NCBI GenBank assembly: GCA_000697335.1 | Contig: JNEM01009931.1 | Location: 1 to 42,933 of the forward strand | From: Conidiobolus incongruus B7586 | Lineage: Eukaryota | Direction of reading: 5' to 3' | Length of the DNA: 42,933 bases | In this document: positions 11,944-24,490 of the stretch, piece by piece | Position numbering within the stretch: position 1 is the stretch's first letter | Layout: each line of letters opens with the position of its first letter | Notes under the pieces: generated by a model | Databases searched by the model: none | What the model was told of the DNA's origin: nothing | Seen by the model: only the letters and a program-made list of their open reading frames with translations | Translations under genes and position numbers: made by a program

Positions 11944-13513
11944 TAGTCTATATTTTAAAAAATAGTGGTTTAAAAAATATGTTGGTTAATATTAAATTTA
12001 TATTTTAGCAAAATATATAAGGTTAAAGGAATAATAATATGATATTAATAATTATTAACTTCTTTGTTTTTGGATATCAGAATTCCATACTAATGGTAAT
12101 TGCTTAACCCCTTTACATAAGTTTTTATAGTTTATCTTTAAAACTACAATATTAATTTTGAAATGCCATCAAATTTATTTTATTAAATTAAATTCTTTAA
12201 CTTACTAAAACAATCATAATCACAAGTATCCATATCTGGTAAATATAATGGATATGATAATAAAGACCAACTCTTTTTAATAAACAAACATTTGTTAATT
12301 TTTACTATACATATATATACATAAAGTTGTTACTATATTAAATCAATAGTTTTTTAATTGAATTTTTTATACTAGTTTATAACCTTAGTATATAAAAAAA
12401 TACGTTTTATTAGTACCATTTATTTATCCTGGTAATAATTGATAGGATGTTATAGTATTAAAATCTATACCTAATAATAATATTTACTTTCTTCAAATAA
12501 TTTTTAATTTGGAATTTATAATGGTGATTTTGTATTTTTAACCCAAACACTTTTTTATTTCTTAGTAATATACTATATAAAGAAATCTATATGTTTTATA
12601 ATTAAAGATCATTGTTAAAAAAGTACTTGTAATATGATTTAGTAAATTATTTATTAATCCTACTCTTTAACATATTGAAACTGTATGTCTTAAGACTTAC
12701 TGTTGAGACATTGTAGCAGAATATCCAGAAAACCCCCTTTTTGTCTTTATCCCTCTCAGGGTTTAAATAGTTTATTCAGTGAATGATATAAGGCTTGATT
12801 AAAACCTAATAATGAGAACAAAGATAACAAAGAGCATCCTTTAATTTTAGATTGACAAGGATAACTTAAAATAGAAATAATATTAGTTTAACTATCAAAT
12901 TTAAAAGGGTAGTTAATTTCAAAATACAGCATGTAATTTATCTATTATATTAACTTTCCAAATATAGTCAGATAAGTATTATAATGATATTAATTATACT
13001 TCTTCTTTTATCTATTTGATCTTCAATTGAAATATAAAGTGCTTATATTGTTTTTTTAGATTTAAATTACCTTATAATAAAGTAATAGTAGAGTTAATAT
13101 AAAAATATGGATATTGTGTTGGTTCTTTTATTAATGAATATAAGCGATATTTAAAATATTTCTTGATTTCATTTGTATTACCTAAGTTAGTAATAGGTTT
13201 AGGATGGCCTAAACAAGGTAAGTCTTTAATGTCAGATCTTCCAACTTTGAGTTCATTAAACCAGTTTGCAATATAACATTTTGAAAGCCCTTTTCTACCA
13301 GTTACTATTTAGAGATTTTTATAAATAACTGATATAGAACGTTTTGTATAATATAATATTTTAATAAGTGCTCTTTGTTCAACTCAGGTAAAATTTGAAT
13401 TTTTGTGATTTTCAGTTATTTTATTTTTTGTCGAGATTCTCCTAGAAAGTTGTATTATATGTAGTGAATATGATGAATTATTAAATCACTTACTATCTTT
13501 TAAAATAATACTA
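11944..13513 (-). mobile_element. Mariner transposon, family B, degenerate, interrupted by a solo LTR
   Basis: Minus-strand translation gives EQRALIKIL..GLSK.YIANWFNELKVGRSDIKDLP..G.PK (HTH, ~13380-13190), SVWVK..P (~12550) and WSLLSYPLYLPDMDTCDYDCFSKLKN (decayed HPPYSPD..DY, ~12270-12190). Imperfect TIRs at ~11944 and ~13513; about 1.23 kb after removing the insert. Confidence 0.8.
12592..12931. mobile_element. Solo LTR-like element, family C (copy 2), nested in mariner B
   Basis: TG..CA ends, flanks TATA/TGTA. Homolog at 5755-6098. Removing it restores normal mariner transposase length. Confidence 0.65.
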
Positions 13514-14341
13514 AAATTACAGTGAAATAATTATGATTCATAAAATATTATTTGATTTAAATATAGGGAATTATACTTAACCACTGGAAATATATTTATT
13601 ATACTTCATTCAACCAATCAATGAATTTATCCAAACAAATAATTAATATTTGATTTTCATCTATAATTCCCGATTAGATTAAATTCTAAAATTGAAGTTT
13701 CAGTGATCAAGTAAATCACACTACTAAACATATTATTCAATGTTTTAAAAGAGATTTTGAAATCATCCTATTATCTAAAAAATTGACCTTAGTTGGTTCA
13801 AATCAATTTGTTAAAAATTCATTTAAAGTCTAAATTACAATTAAACGTAATAAAATTGTGATAAAATATGAATAGAATAATTTCAATATACTAGTGGAGC
13901 CAGATTAAATGAATATAATCTCTACATTGATATAAATGCTGCTTAATCTTTCATATTCAATAATAATCAGATAAATATAAATTGTTTTTATATTAAGTTA
14001 ATATTAACAAATAATCAAATTGATATATTTTAATAAATCATTAATACTATGAAATGTATACTTTTGATTTACAATATAATTATTTAAATCTTTTAATCAA
14101 TAAATATTTATATCAATTTAAGCAAAAGCAAAACATACTAATATATTTCAATATTTGACCAAAGTTTGATATAATAAAAATATTATATATTTAGGATCAT
14201 CAGAATTATTGTCAAAAAATTGAAATTTTACATGATATTTTAAAACAGGATACAAAATATTTGAAAATAAAAATTTAAAAATTTGATTACCCTGTTTAAT
14301 TCAATAGTTAATAAAAATCAAACCCATAGGCTTAAGATCAA

Positions 14342-15343
14342 TCAACCAAAAACACTCATAACAATATTAAATGGTGTCAAAATCATCGGAACAAGAGGGG
14401 GAGGGCAATTATCTAATAAAGAGAATTGAAAGTATGTTGAATGTTTACCCAATTGGAAGGCGTTTCTAAAATCATAACATTTGGGATCTTCTTCAACTCT
14501 AGAGCATGGAATCCTTTGAAATCCTTTATATAGTGCAATGTATTGATGGTGAACATAATTCCAATCTCTTGATGGTAAGTTAGTGATCATGTCTTGATCA
14601 GTAACCACGCGAAGGAATGTTGCACCAGTTCGAGTGTTGAGATAATCAGCGAACTGTTGATCACCCGTTCTTGGTTGCCCATAGGTATATACATGTGTAT
14701 TTTCCCATTTGATAATACCATCACTTTCAAGCATAATTGCTATTAAAAGAGCTATACTGCCACCCAAACTATGACCTGCAAAATAGACCGGCGCATTTGG
14801 ATATTGTTTTCGAAGGTTAAGAACAGCGGATTTCATTTCAGGATAAAAAGCATCAGCTGCCTTTTTAAAACCGGAGTGAACTTTACATGAGTACATCCCA
14901 CCGTCTAAAACTATATCAATTTGATTCGCTTCCGCATTCACTTCGAAATTTTTTAAATTACGACTGCCCCTGAATCCCAAAATAATTCTACCACGATTCA
15001 TTCCAGATATTGCTACGTTTTGAAATTCTTTCTCTTCGTGATATTTAAAATGTTCAAGTTTCAAATAAGGGTATTTTTTGCAATCTTTACATGACCATTT
15101 TTCAATTAATTCAGGATTGCAAGTAGCGGCACTGGGGTACATTATTAATTCCCTAGCAGTATCTGTATTGCCTTCAATACTCGTTATGTTTGGAAGAGTT
15201 ATATTTAAAATAGGCAAATTAATATTTAACTGGGTGCCATTAATAAGTTCAGGAGGATTTAAATCAAGATTTGATGAATTTATATGATTATAAAATAGAC
15301 AATTCACTAAGCAAACCAAATAAAAGATATTTAATAAAAGCAT
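14342..15343 (-). CDS. Secreted class 3 lipase (Lipase_3, alpha/beta hydrolase)
   Basis: Signal-peptide-like N-terminus; FRGS oxyanion motif, VHSGF, GHSLGG nucleophile elbow, YTYGQPRTG, D(MITNLP) and H(STYF) completing the triad. Confidence 0.93.
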   Translation of the reverse strand: MLLLNIFYLVCLVNCLFYNHINSSNLDLNPPELINGTQLNINLPILNITLPNITSIEGNTDTARELIMYPSAATCNPELIEKWSCKDCKKYPYLKLEHFKYHEEKEFQNVAISGMNRGRIILGFRGSRNLKNFEVNAEANQIDIVLDGGMYSCKVHSGFKKAADAFYPEMKSAVLNLRKQYPNAPVYFAGHSLGGSIALLIAIMLESDGIIKWENTHVYTYGQPRTGDQQFADYLNTRTGATFLRVVTDQDMITNLPSRDWNYVHHQYIALYKGFQRIPCSRVEEDPKCYDFRNAFQLGKHSTYFQFSLLDNCPPPLVPMILTPFNIVMSVFG

Positions 15344-15760
15344 TTTTGAAAAAAGATATCAGCCTCAATCACTTTTATCGTATTTAAATACCAAAAATTA
15401 ATTGAAAATTTGAATATAATAATAATTGTGACAATTTAAGGATTGAATTGAGTTTCTTACCGATTATTTAGAATTATTCAATAAATAATGTTAAATTTAA
15501 TGGTTTTTATAATTTCAAAATTCTGGCATTAATTAGTTTTTTTGATTCCTGAAATTTTGTCCGCATTATCATCCACATTAATATAAGTAGCATTAATAAA
15601 CGAATTGATTAAATAATATTAAATATAATGCGAAAGAGAATAAAATAGTAGAAATATAATAAAATATATAAAAATTATAAAATATATGTATATGAATTTG
15701 AATTAACTATAAAAAATTTGCCAATTAAAGTAATTTGTTTTGGTTGACTTCAATAGATAA

Positions 15761-15832
15761 GGCTCGATGGTTTAGTGGTATAATTCTCCCTTAGGGTGGG
15801 AGAGGTCCTGGGTTCGATTCCCAGTCGAGCCC
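15761..15832 (+). tRNA. tRNA-Pro (anticodon AGG), intronless
   Basis: Acceptor GGCTCGA/TCGAGCC plus C discriminator; anticodon arm CTCCC-TTAGGGT-GGGAG (AGG at 15793-15795); T arm CTGGG-TTCGATT-CCCAG; D arm TGGTTTAGTGGTATAATT. Confidence 0.95.
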
Positions 15833-16252
15833 AAAACCTTAAGTATAAAAAACTTCAAGTAGTTCACATTAACATAATCATTTTTGCATAGAAATTGATT
15901 TATCATCAATTTTTGAATTTTAACATTTATAATATTGCTGTATTCTGTTTATAATTTAATTTAGAATTAATTGAGTATATGAAAATTTATAATACTTTTT
16001 TTAAATAAGGTTAACTACTGAAATATTTGGAAGCTCAATTGTAGAATATTTATATTTATTAAATAACCATATTTTTTAACAGATTTAGTTCCAACTTAAA
16101 TATATGCGATTTGAGAAATAAGTCATATTTTACATTCTAATATAGTATAATTAACTTCAAGTTCATAAGTGTTGAATTTATCATGACCACATATTAAATC
16201 CTTTTAATTATTTTAATATTAAGTGTTTTTAAATACAGTATTTAAATAAAAC

Positions 16253-16619
16253 TGTAAAAAACTTGCTGCGTGGTTCCACCGATTTCTAATATAAAGTTGA
16301 TAATATGGAAGAGAGCAGCTTGCTCATTGTTTATTTCATAGTTTTGATTAATGTGTTTTATCAGGGTTTGTTAAGAGTTTAATGGACTTCGAATAAGACC
16401 TGAGGTAGTGATGAAAATATAATTCTATAATGGTTCTTTTATAGAACATTCGTCAGCCATAGGTAGTGAAAAGATACGTATAGGTCATCAGACAAATGAG
16501 ACCTTGAAATGATGTGGCGGGGATTCCGGGGGAATATTTCCATAAGGTAATAGACCACGAGATGAAGTTGACCAGTGGAATCACTATCCAAGCAATCACA
16601 GCTGAACTAACTTATTATA
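16253..16619. mobile_element. Candidate solo LTR (GC-richer non-coding island)
   Basis: Starts TGTAA; size and composition resemble the confirmed solo LTRs. Right boundary and TSD unresolved. Confidence 0.25.
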
Positions 16620-17514
16620 TCTTGATTTTTGATAATAATTTATTTCAAATTAGCTGTAATATAATTGAATATACTTTCATCATACTGTAATAAAATTTAG
16701 TATATAAACATTGGTTAAAATAGAATAATCAATTATTCATTGATTATAATCAACATTCTGAAATAATGTTTTAATGATAGATAGGTTGTAAACATATACT
16801 TATTAACATCAAATATGATTTTGAATATTCAGATACTTGAGTGATTTGTAAAATCATTATTTCACATTTTTTGGATATATAATAAATGTATTTGATATAT
16901 TTTTACCAAATCACTAATTTTATTCAATAATGCTGAAAATTCATTAGACAGATCAATGAGTGTAATTCACAACTCAATATTATACTATAATAAAGTTTAT
17001 AAATCAATTAATAATGAGTATATATAATAAATTAGTACAAATAGCTTTAATTAATACATAAAGCAGTATTTTAAGGAAAACCAATTGTCTCAAATTTCAG
17101 TTAAAAATATATTTTATAATATTTTCGATTGTTATAATGTATAATGGAATAGTGGAAATAATTTAAAACTATTATATCATTATACATAGTTATTTTGCAT
17201 CTATTTAAAAAAGAATTAGATATACATATAACATTCAGATTAATGTCTTAAGAAAAAAATATTATATTATTGTTATATTATTCAAATTTTAATGTAATTT
17301 AAAATTAATATTTATTCAAAATGATAAATTCAATAGCATGATTATTTTTTATTATAGTTCATTTTAAATATCAATAATAAAAGCAAAACTTGGCAATATT
17401 AATAAACTATTTATATATAATCAAGTTTTATTGTATGATTAAGCAACTGAAAATATGAATAATCCCAAATTATTAGAAATTTAATATTTATGATTAAATT
17501 TGAATTAAATATTA

Positions 17515-18816
17515 CTTTGTAATTTAAATAATAGGAATTTTTTGTGATTAAAAAAAATAAACATTTTAATATATAAAAAGTAAAAATAAATATATAATAT
17601 AAAATTATTAATTTCTTTTATTTCTAATAACCTTTTGCTATATTTTTAGTAAAGTTTTAACACCTAAAAAACAGTTCTTTTTATTATTGACTAAAATTTA
17701 ATATTTCACAAACCAATTAAATTTTCTTGTAGAAATTTTCTTTCTTGCAAGTTAATTTTTTAATTACTTAAAACAATTATAATTACATAAGTTATAATCT
17801 AAAGAATATACTAGATGTGGTAGTTTTTTCTAGTTATTTCTAATTAGAAAATTTTTTACAACTTTAATTTTATGTATTATATAATTATCATGCAAAATAA
17901 TAGGTTTTTCTCAAATTATATTAAAAATACTAATTAAAAATAATTTTATTTTAAAAAGTAATATAAAGTTTATTATTAATTCATTTTCCTTTAAAAATTA
18001 ATTTAGAATAACATATATTATTATAATTTATAATAATAATTAATATTTATTTATCAACATAATATTTATTTAAAGGAATTTATAAAAAGAGTTAATTTAA
18101 CTTAATTTAATATCTTGAATTATATTTTAGTAAAAGATTATTTAAAAACAATCTAAAATTGATTAATTATAATAATTTGCTATAAAAGCTTTAATTTCTA
18201 GCTATACTTTTGTAAATTTTATTTAACAATAATTACTTTAGCTTTTTTTAAGCTCTAATTAAATTATAAGATATTTATTTTATATTTTTATTAATTAATT
18301 TTAATTTAAATTTTTATATATATAAAATAATTATATAACTAATATTAAAGTATCTTAATAATTCTTTAACTGAAATAAAAAATTATTTTTCAATATATTT
18401 TTTCACTTTATTAATAATTAAAAGAATAATAGTTAAAATCAATCTTTTAGCTTTTAATAAGTTTTAGATAATTTTTTTTAGTTTTAAAATAATTTATCTA
18501 GTGATAAATTGTTGATTTAAATAATACTTTATTATTAAAAGCTGCTTATAAATTTTAAATAATTTTAAAGGGTTTATGGTTTAGTTTTATTAATACTAAA
18601 ATAAAAAACTTTTAATGATTATTATTTAGTTTAAACTTAATTAAATTAAACAACTAATTTTAACAAATTATTTTTTAATCAAAAAAAATCATTATATATA
18701 TATAATTGAAAACTATATATTTTCCTATTTATTTTGTATATATTTTATTATTCAAAACTAATAATAAGTTTGAAAAATCAGAAATTAAAAAATTTCCCAT
18801 TTCTTTAATTTTATAA
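17515..18816 (-). mobile_element. Mariner DNA transposon, family A, full-length degenerate copy
   Basis: Colinear reverse complement of 1594-2894 including both TIRs and TA flanks; retains LHDN (ttg cat gat aat, ~17885-17897). Confidence 0.9.
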
Positions 18817-19099
18817 TAATAATAATAATAAATCAAAATCAAAAAATTTCTATAATTAATAGTATTTAAAATATTCAAACATCCAGATTTATATAAATAT
18901 AATGCAATCATAAAATGGATATAATTGTTAATTATCTAATACACAAATATAAAATATATTATAATTTTAAATACAATGCTATATTTTTTGTCTAAAGTTC
19001 AAAATTTAGACGTGATATGATAACTTTGTTAAAATTATGCAATTTCATGAATATATTTGAAAGTAAAGATAATTGTTATAAAAGAAATCATCATTCAAG

Positions 19100-19480
19100 A
19101 TAAAGAGTATATATTTCAAAGTTGTAATAATTATAAGTATGTATATTACCCTCCTAGAATAGTAGATCAGCAATTTTTTAATTATTCAATACTTATTAAA
19201 AGATATTTTTGAGTAATAACAGAAAATATGTGATTCACAGCCTTCAACCAAGTTCCTAAAATAAGGTTATTATTGATACTTTGGATTTTAAAATGGATTC
19301 CAAAAATTACCATACTAAAAATCAAATTAAAATCCTATTTGTCCTGTTTTTAAAACCTATTCCAGATCCTCTAACATTGGAAATATTTGAAAGAAACAAT
19401 TATTCGAAATTGTCCTCTTAAATTAATTAGCCTTCTCTTCATAAAATGGAATTTTTTTCAATTTCTGTTATTAAGTGAAT
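19100..19480 (-). mobile_element. Possible remnant of a LINE apurinic-like endonuclease domain
   Basis: Minus-strand fragments IHLITE, SNVRGSGIGF and TILGG* occur in the order and approximate spacing of the APE motifs LQET / GVG / ILGDFN. Many stops. Confidence 0.25.
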
Positions 19481-20859
19481 AAGTTTAATATTATAAACTA
19501 AAATGAAAATTGACAAATATATTTTAATCACCTTTAAAAGGATATAATACAAATTTTCTCTCGATTTTAATATATATTCAAAAAAGCAATGGATTTATAA
19601 ACATAGTATATAATATTAACGTATTAAAAATAGCTTATGGAATAATTATAAATAAATATTTGTTTAATACTCACTAAAAAAATCTAGCTTGATCAAATGT
19701 CACATTATAATTGATATAAATTATAAATTGCACTATTTATATGGACTACAGTAAGAAAAAAAATCAAGTTTACGATATTTTTGTATATTGATAATATGAA
19801 CAAATCTGATTAAAACTATTGTTAAAAATTAATATACTGACAAATAGGTTCTTGGGGTGAAAAATATTAAAAAATTATCAATTTATTATGAATTCTTTTA
19901 TTTGAGCATTATAATTCAATTATTGATTAAAATGGATGTGGTAACATAGAAATTTTACACTATGAGTTTAAAATTGTCACTTTAATTTGTAGATATATCC
20001 ATAAATTTACATTTTATTATAGAGTCAAAACTTAAATATAATCTGATGTGAATCTAAAAAACTTTTATATTCTTGTTTTTCAAATGGATACAAATAGATT
20101 TGTGGTTAAATTGATAATGTAAACTTGTATTATCAGGTATAGTTTTATGGATTAAATTTTCTATGATTTTACGAGTCAGTTATATTTCAATATTTCTATT
20201 AAACTTGGATCTATATAAATATCCCCATTTCATATAGTTGTTTAAAAGATATTAGTATATGATCCAATAAATCATATTTTATTATTAATTTTTCAATATA
20301 TATTCTTTAACATGAGAAAAGATACATCGATTTGTATATCAAAGCTTTTTTTGAAATGAGTAAACAGTAAGATTTAACAAAATGTTTGTTTAAATGGAGT
20401 CAGATAAAATTATCCCTGATATTCTCGCCATTATTCTATTAATAGGATATAATAGATTGTTAATATTACTTATCCATAATATACATAGTTGAACTTTCAA
20501 TATTATATTGATTTTTATATCAATTATTGTATTTAGAGATATGAATATAAGAATAAGTTATATTTTATGTTCGATAATATTAATGGCAATAATAATTAAT
20601 GAACTCAAGGAAACAATATTTGCACAAAAAGTCTAATATTATATTAGGATCCAATAACATATTAATAATATACTATATATTATCATTGTTGGGTCCGAAT
20701 AAATTTTGAATTATTGTTAAATATTTTAACAAATTTGTAAATTGAATGTGTACTACATTAAATGTACATATATATATATATATATATATTATAAGTTAAT
20801 CTCTGGACTCCAATGTATATAAATCAAAAATACATCATATGAATTGAAATACTTTTCAA

Positions 20860-21870
20860 ATGATGATATTATTTTTATATTATATCTTGTTGATAAATTG
20901 TCAAATTGACAGTACTTTAAATTCAGAATTATATAACAAACTGAGTTTAAAGGATGAATTACCAAGTATATTTGGGAGTAGCTTATATTCATCGAATATA
21001 CCTAATTTTAATGCAAATATTCCAAAGATTACATCGCTTGAAGGAAATGAGGAAACTGCTAAAGAACTCTTTATTTATCCCAGTGCAGCTACATGCTCGG
21101 AAGGTTCAATTAAAGAATGGTCATGTCCAGACTGCAGAGAATTGCCAAATTTAAAACTAGATAATTTTCAGTATCATGAAGAAAAGAAATATGAAGTAGT
21201 TGCCATATCTGGAACAAATAAAAATAGAATTATTTTTGCTTTTAGAGGAACTCGAAATATCCAGAATTTGGCAGTCGATGTCAATGTTGAGCAAGTTGAT
21301 TGGAGTTTGGGTGATTGGGGATCTTGTAAAATTCACTCTGGTTTTAAAAAGGCTACTGATGCTTTTTATCCTGAGCTGAAGTCATCTGTATTACGTCTAC
21401 GTCAAATCTATCCCGACTATCCTATATATTTTACAGGACATAGTTTAGGTGGCAGTTTGGCCCTTTTAACAGCTATTAAACTTGAGCAAGAGGGAGTTAT
21501 TCAATGGAAAAATACTCATATTTACACCTATGGTCAACCTAGAACTGGGGATCAGCAATTTGCCAATTATCTTAACACCAGAACTGGAGCAACATTCCTT
21601 CGTGTGGTAACCGAAGAAGATCCAATTTCGAATCTCCCACCAAGATCATGGAATTATGTTCATCACCAATATATCGCACTATACAGAGGATCCCAAAGAT
21701 TATCATGCTCCAAAGCAGACGAAGATCCTAATTGTTACAATTTCAATAATCCATTTGAAATTGGCAAGCATTCTACCTACTTTGGATTTTCTCTACTCAA
21801 AAATTGTCCACCTGCTTATATTTCTCTCATTATGACACCTTGGAATATTATCAAGAATATCTTTAACTAA
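20860..21870 (+). CDS. Secreted class 3 lipase (paralog of 14342-15343)
   Basis: Signal peptide; FRGT, IHSGF, GHSLGG, YTYGQPRTG, D(PISNLPP), H(STYF). Confidence 0.93.
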   Translation: MMILFLYYILLINCQIDSTLNSELYNKLSLKDELPSIFGSSLYSSNIPNFNANIPKITSLEGNEETAKELFIYPSAATCSEGSIKEWSCPDCRELPNLKLDNFQYHEEKKYEVVAISGTNKNRIIFAFRGTRNIQNLAVDVNVEQVDWSLGDWGSCKIHSGFKKATDAFYPELKSSVLRLRQIYPDYPIYFTGHSLGGSLALLTAIKLEQEGVIQWKNTHIYTYGQPRTGDQQFANYLNTRTGATFLRVVTEEDPISNLPPRSWNYVHHQYIALYRGSQRLSCSKADEDPNCYNFNNPFEIGKHSTYFGFSLLKNCPPAYISLIMTPWNIIKNIFN

Positions 21871-22785
21871 GGTAAAATAGGTAATATTAATCTTATTTAA
21901 TACTTATTAAATATATTTATTATTTAATTCTATAATAAAAGCTTTTAATAAATTAATTACTATGATTATTTTATCAATACAAATTTATAATTTGACAATT
22001 ATTTCCAAATATTACAATTAAACCAAAGTAGACAAATTAATTGTATTCAAATTTTTACCAAATTTTCATATAAGCATTTTGTATAGTAATTTCTAAAAAG
22101 TCAATACAATATTTGTTTAGAATAAAATTAAGTAATTTACATTAAGAAAATAATTAAGATAAAACAGAAAGATTATATTAATAGCAATATGCTTAATAAA
22201 TTTAATATTAAATTTCAAATAACCAAATAACAGTTTTATATAAAGATATTTTGCTATTAATTTGATTTTATATTCAAAATAAATTTATAAATACTTAATA
22301 GAATGAGTGATATTAATGATGAATTTACTAAAATCATCTTAACTTTAATATCAAAAAAATTCATTGTATTTTAATATACTAAATAATTTAAACCATTAAT
22401 AAAAACAACTTCTATATTAACAATCCCCGATGTTAATATAATTTTATGCAAACCTGTATGAAATACTGATTATCAAAAATAGTTTTATAATACTCGATAT
22501 ATAATACAACATAATTTATTCAGATTATAAAATGTCGTTATAATATACAAAATATTTTTTCAATGAATACTTTTGAATTATATATTTGATATAGAGTAAT
22601 GTATTAACTTGAAAATTTTCTACATTAGACGTCTTGTTACAGAAGGTAATTTATATTTACCCCCCTAAAAAAATAAGGATTACCAAATGACAATTTGTGA
22701 TAATCCAATAATTTGACTCAAACCGTAATAATATACAGAATTAGATTTTAAATTTTGATTTTGAATTATTAGTTGGGAGGTAATC

Positions 22786-23032
22786 TGTCAGACTGTGCAA
22801 ACCTCCTCGCCAAGCCCTGGAATGAGGCCGGCAAGTTCATCCACTTGAGATAAATATACCAAGATATTTATCTCAACTCGTCCCTTTACAGAGGTCGCAC
22901 TTATGATCATCCACCAGATTTTTGAACTGTGTCTAAGTTGATGAACAAAGACCAGAAATGTACTATATACATGATCCTGTAAAGTACAGTCGTTAACTTT
23001 AAAATGTTCAAATTTTGAGATATATTTATACA
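22786..23032. mobile_element. Solo LTR (247 bp)
   Basis: TG...CA with perfect 5-bp TSD TAATC (22781-22785 / 23033-23037). Confidence 0.7.
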
Positions 23033-23447
23033 TAATCTGAAAAAATTGAGATTAAATTATTATTATGGGAACAAATTTTGAGTTTTAGATTTTTGATTTA
23101 AATTTGTCAAAAAATTAATGTTGGGTATTAAATTATTATAAGTGTGAATAATATAAAATAAAAAATTTTTATTAATATATTTTTGAAGAATTAGTATACA
23201 ATAATGATATATATTTGAGTTATATAAATTATTAACTAATAACTTGTATTTTTAATCTGTAATTATGAGTGAAAGGACAGATTCTTATAATAACTGAAAA
23301 ATATTAATTCATAATGATATTTCAAATCATGACTAAAATTGGTTATTAACATAATGTAAAAAATTAAAGAATATAGTAATAAATTCAACGAATAAAATAA
23401 TAGGTACAAGTTCATTTATTAATAGTTATCTGAATAATTTAACATAA

Positions 23448-24490
23448 TCAAATTTTTTGTAATACAATTCAATCAAACTCTTTATCAAATATTATTATGT
23501 AGGGACTTATAACAATTTTCTTCATATTCTTGGTAAAATTTTTCAATAGATTTCTGCTTTGGAAAGAATTTAGGATATTTGGAAAGACCATATGTGACAT
23601 GATTATAGCATACTCTTTTAAATCCAGCCTTAGTGAATTCAGTAATATCTCCAATTGTATCAATATAAGCAACTTTGAATTTGCTTTTCAAAGATTCTAA
23701 AACCCTATGAACCTGACCCCTTGACCTATTATATAGCGATGTTCACGTTGGATAAATGTTCCTATTTTAAATCCTTCAACTTTAAAAATGAAATCCATTC
23801 ACGATTGACTGAATCAGGAAAATTAGTTCCTTGCAAACGTTAATATTCACAATTCTTGAAGTTTTTAATTCTTTATATCTCAATTCGAGTCATTGTTTCA
23901 GATATTTATTAGACAATTCAATAAATCACTTTGTCATCTACACATCATCCCTCTTATTAGCATGTTCTAATCAGGACTTTAAAGTACGATATTCTGACAT
24001 ACAATGTAAGGATATGTAGCAAGATGCAAAATCCACAGTCTGATTTTTTACAATTTAATCATAATGAGCCCTTCCAATGTAGTTTATTTGTAACTGAATG
24101 TTGCTTGAATGAACAAGCTATTATTAATAGCCAATTTCACTATCATTAACACATTTTAACACCTCACCAAACTCGTTCTATGCTAAATTGTTATAGTGAA
24201 CCATCCTTGTGTTCAAGTTTGTAGCAATTCAAGGTCAATAGTTTTCAATTTGATCCAGTAATCGATTAATTATAAACATTGAATTTTTACAATAACTTCA
24301 GACAAAGTCTATAATGTTCAGACTGGTTATATTGAAAGAAAATAAGAGGACTAAGTTAAATGATATCAACATTGCGAATGCTTATGTATTTTAAATAAAA
24401 ATACCTGGTAATTCATTATTTTTCGTCCCAAAAATATTCTATATGAATTGCATTGAAATTCTTTTATTATTATTTTCTATTGATTTATTA
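23448..24490 (-). pseudogene. SABATH methyltransferase pseudogene (tandem duplicate of 27508-28669)
   Basis: Minus strand reads LNIIDFV*SYCKNSM..., VDFASCYISLHCMSEYR and FPKQKSIEKFY..LQKI* with many stops and frameshifts. An exon-2 homolog and the intron-2 donor/acceptor (24404-24351) are retained. Homology may extend to ~24590. Confidence 0.85.
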
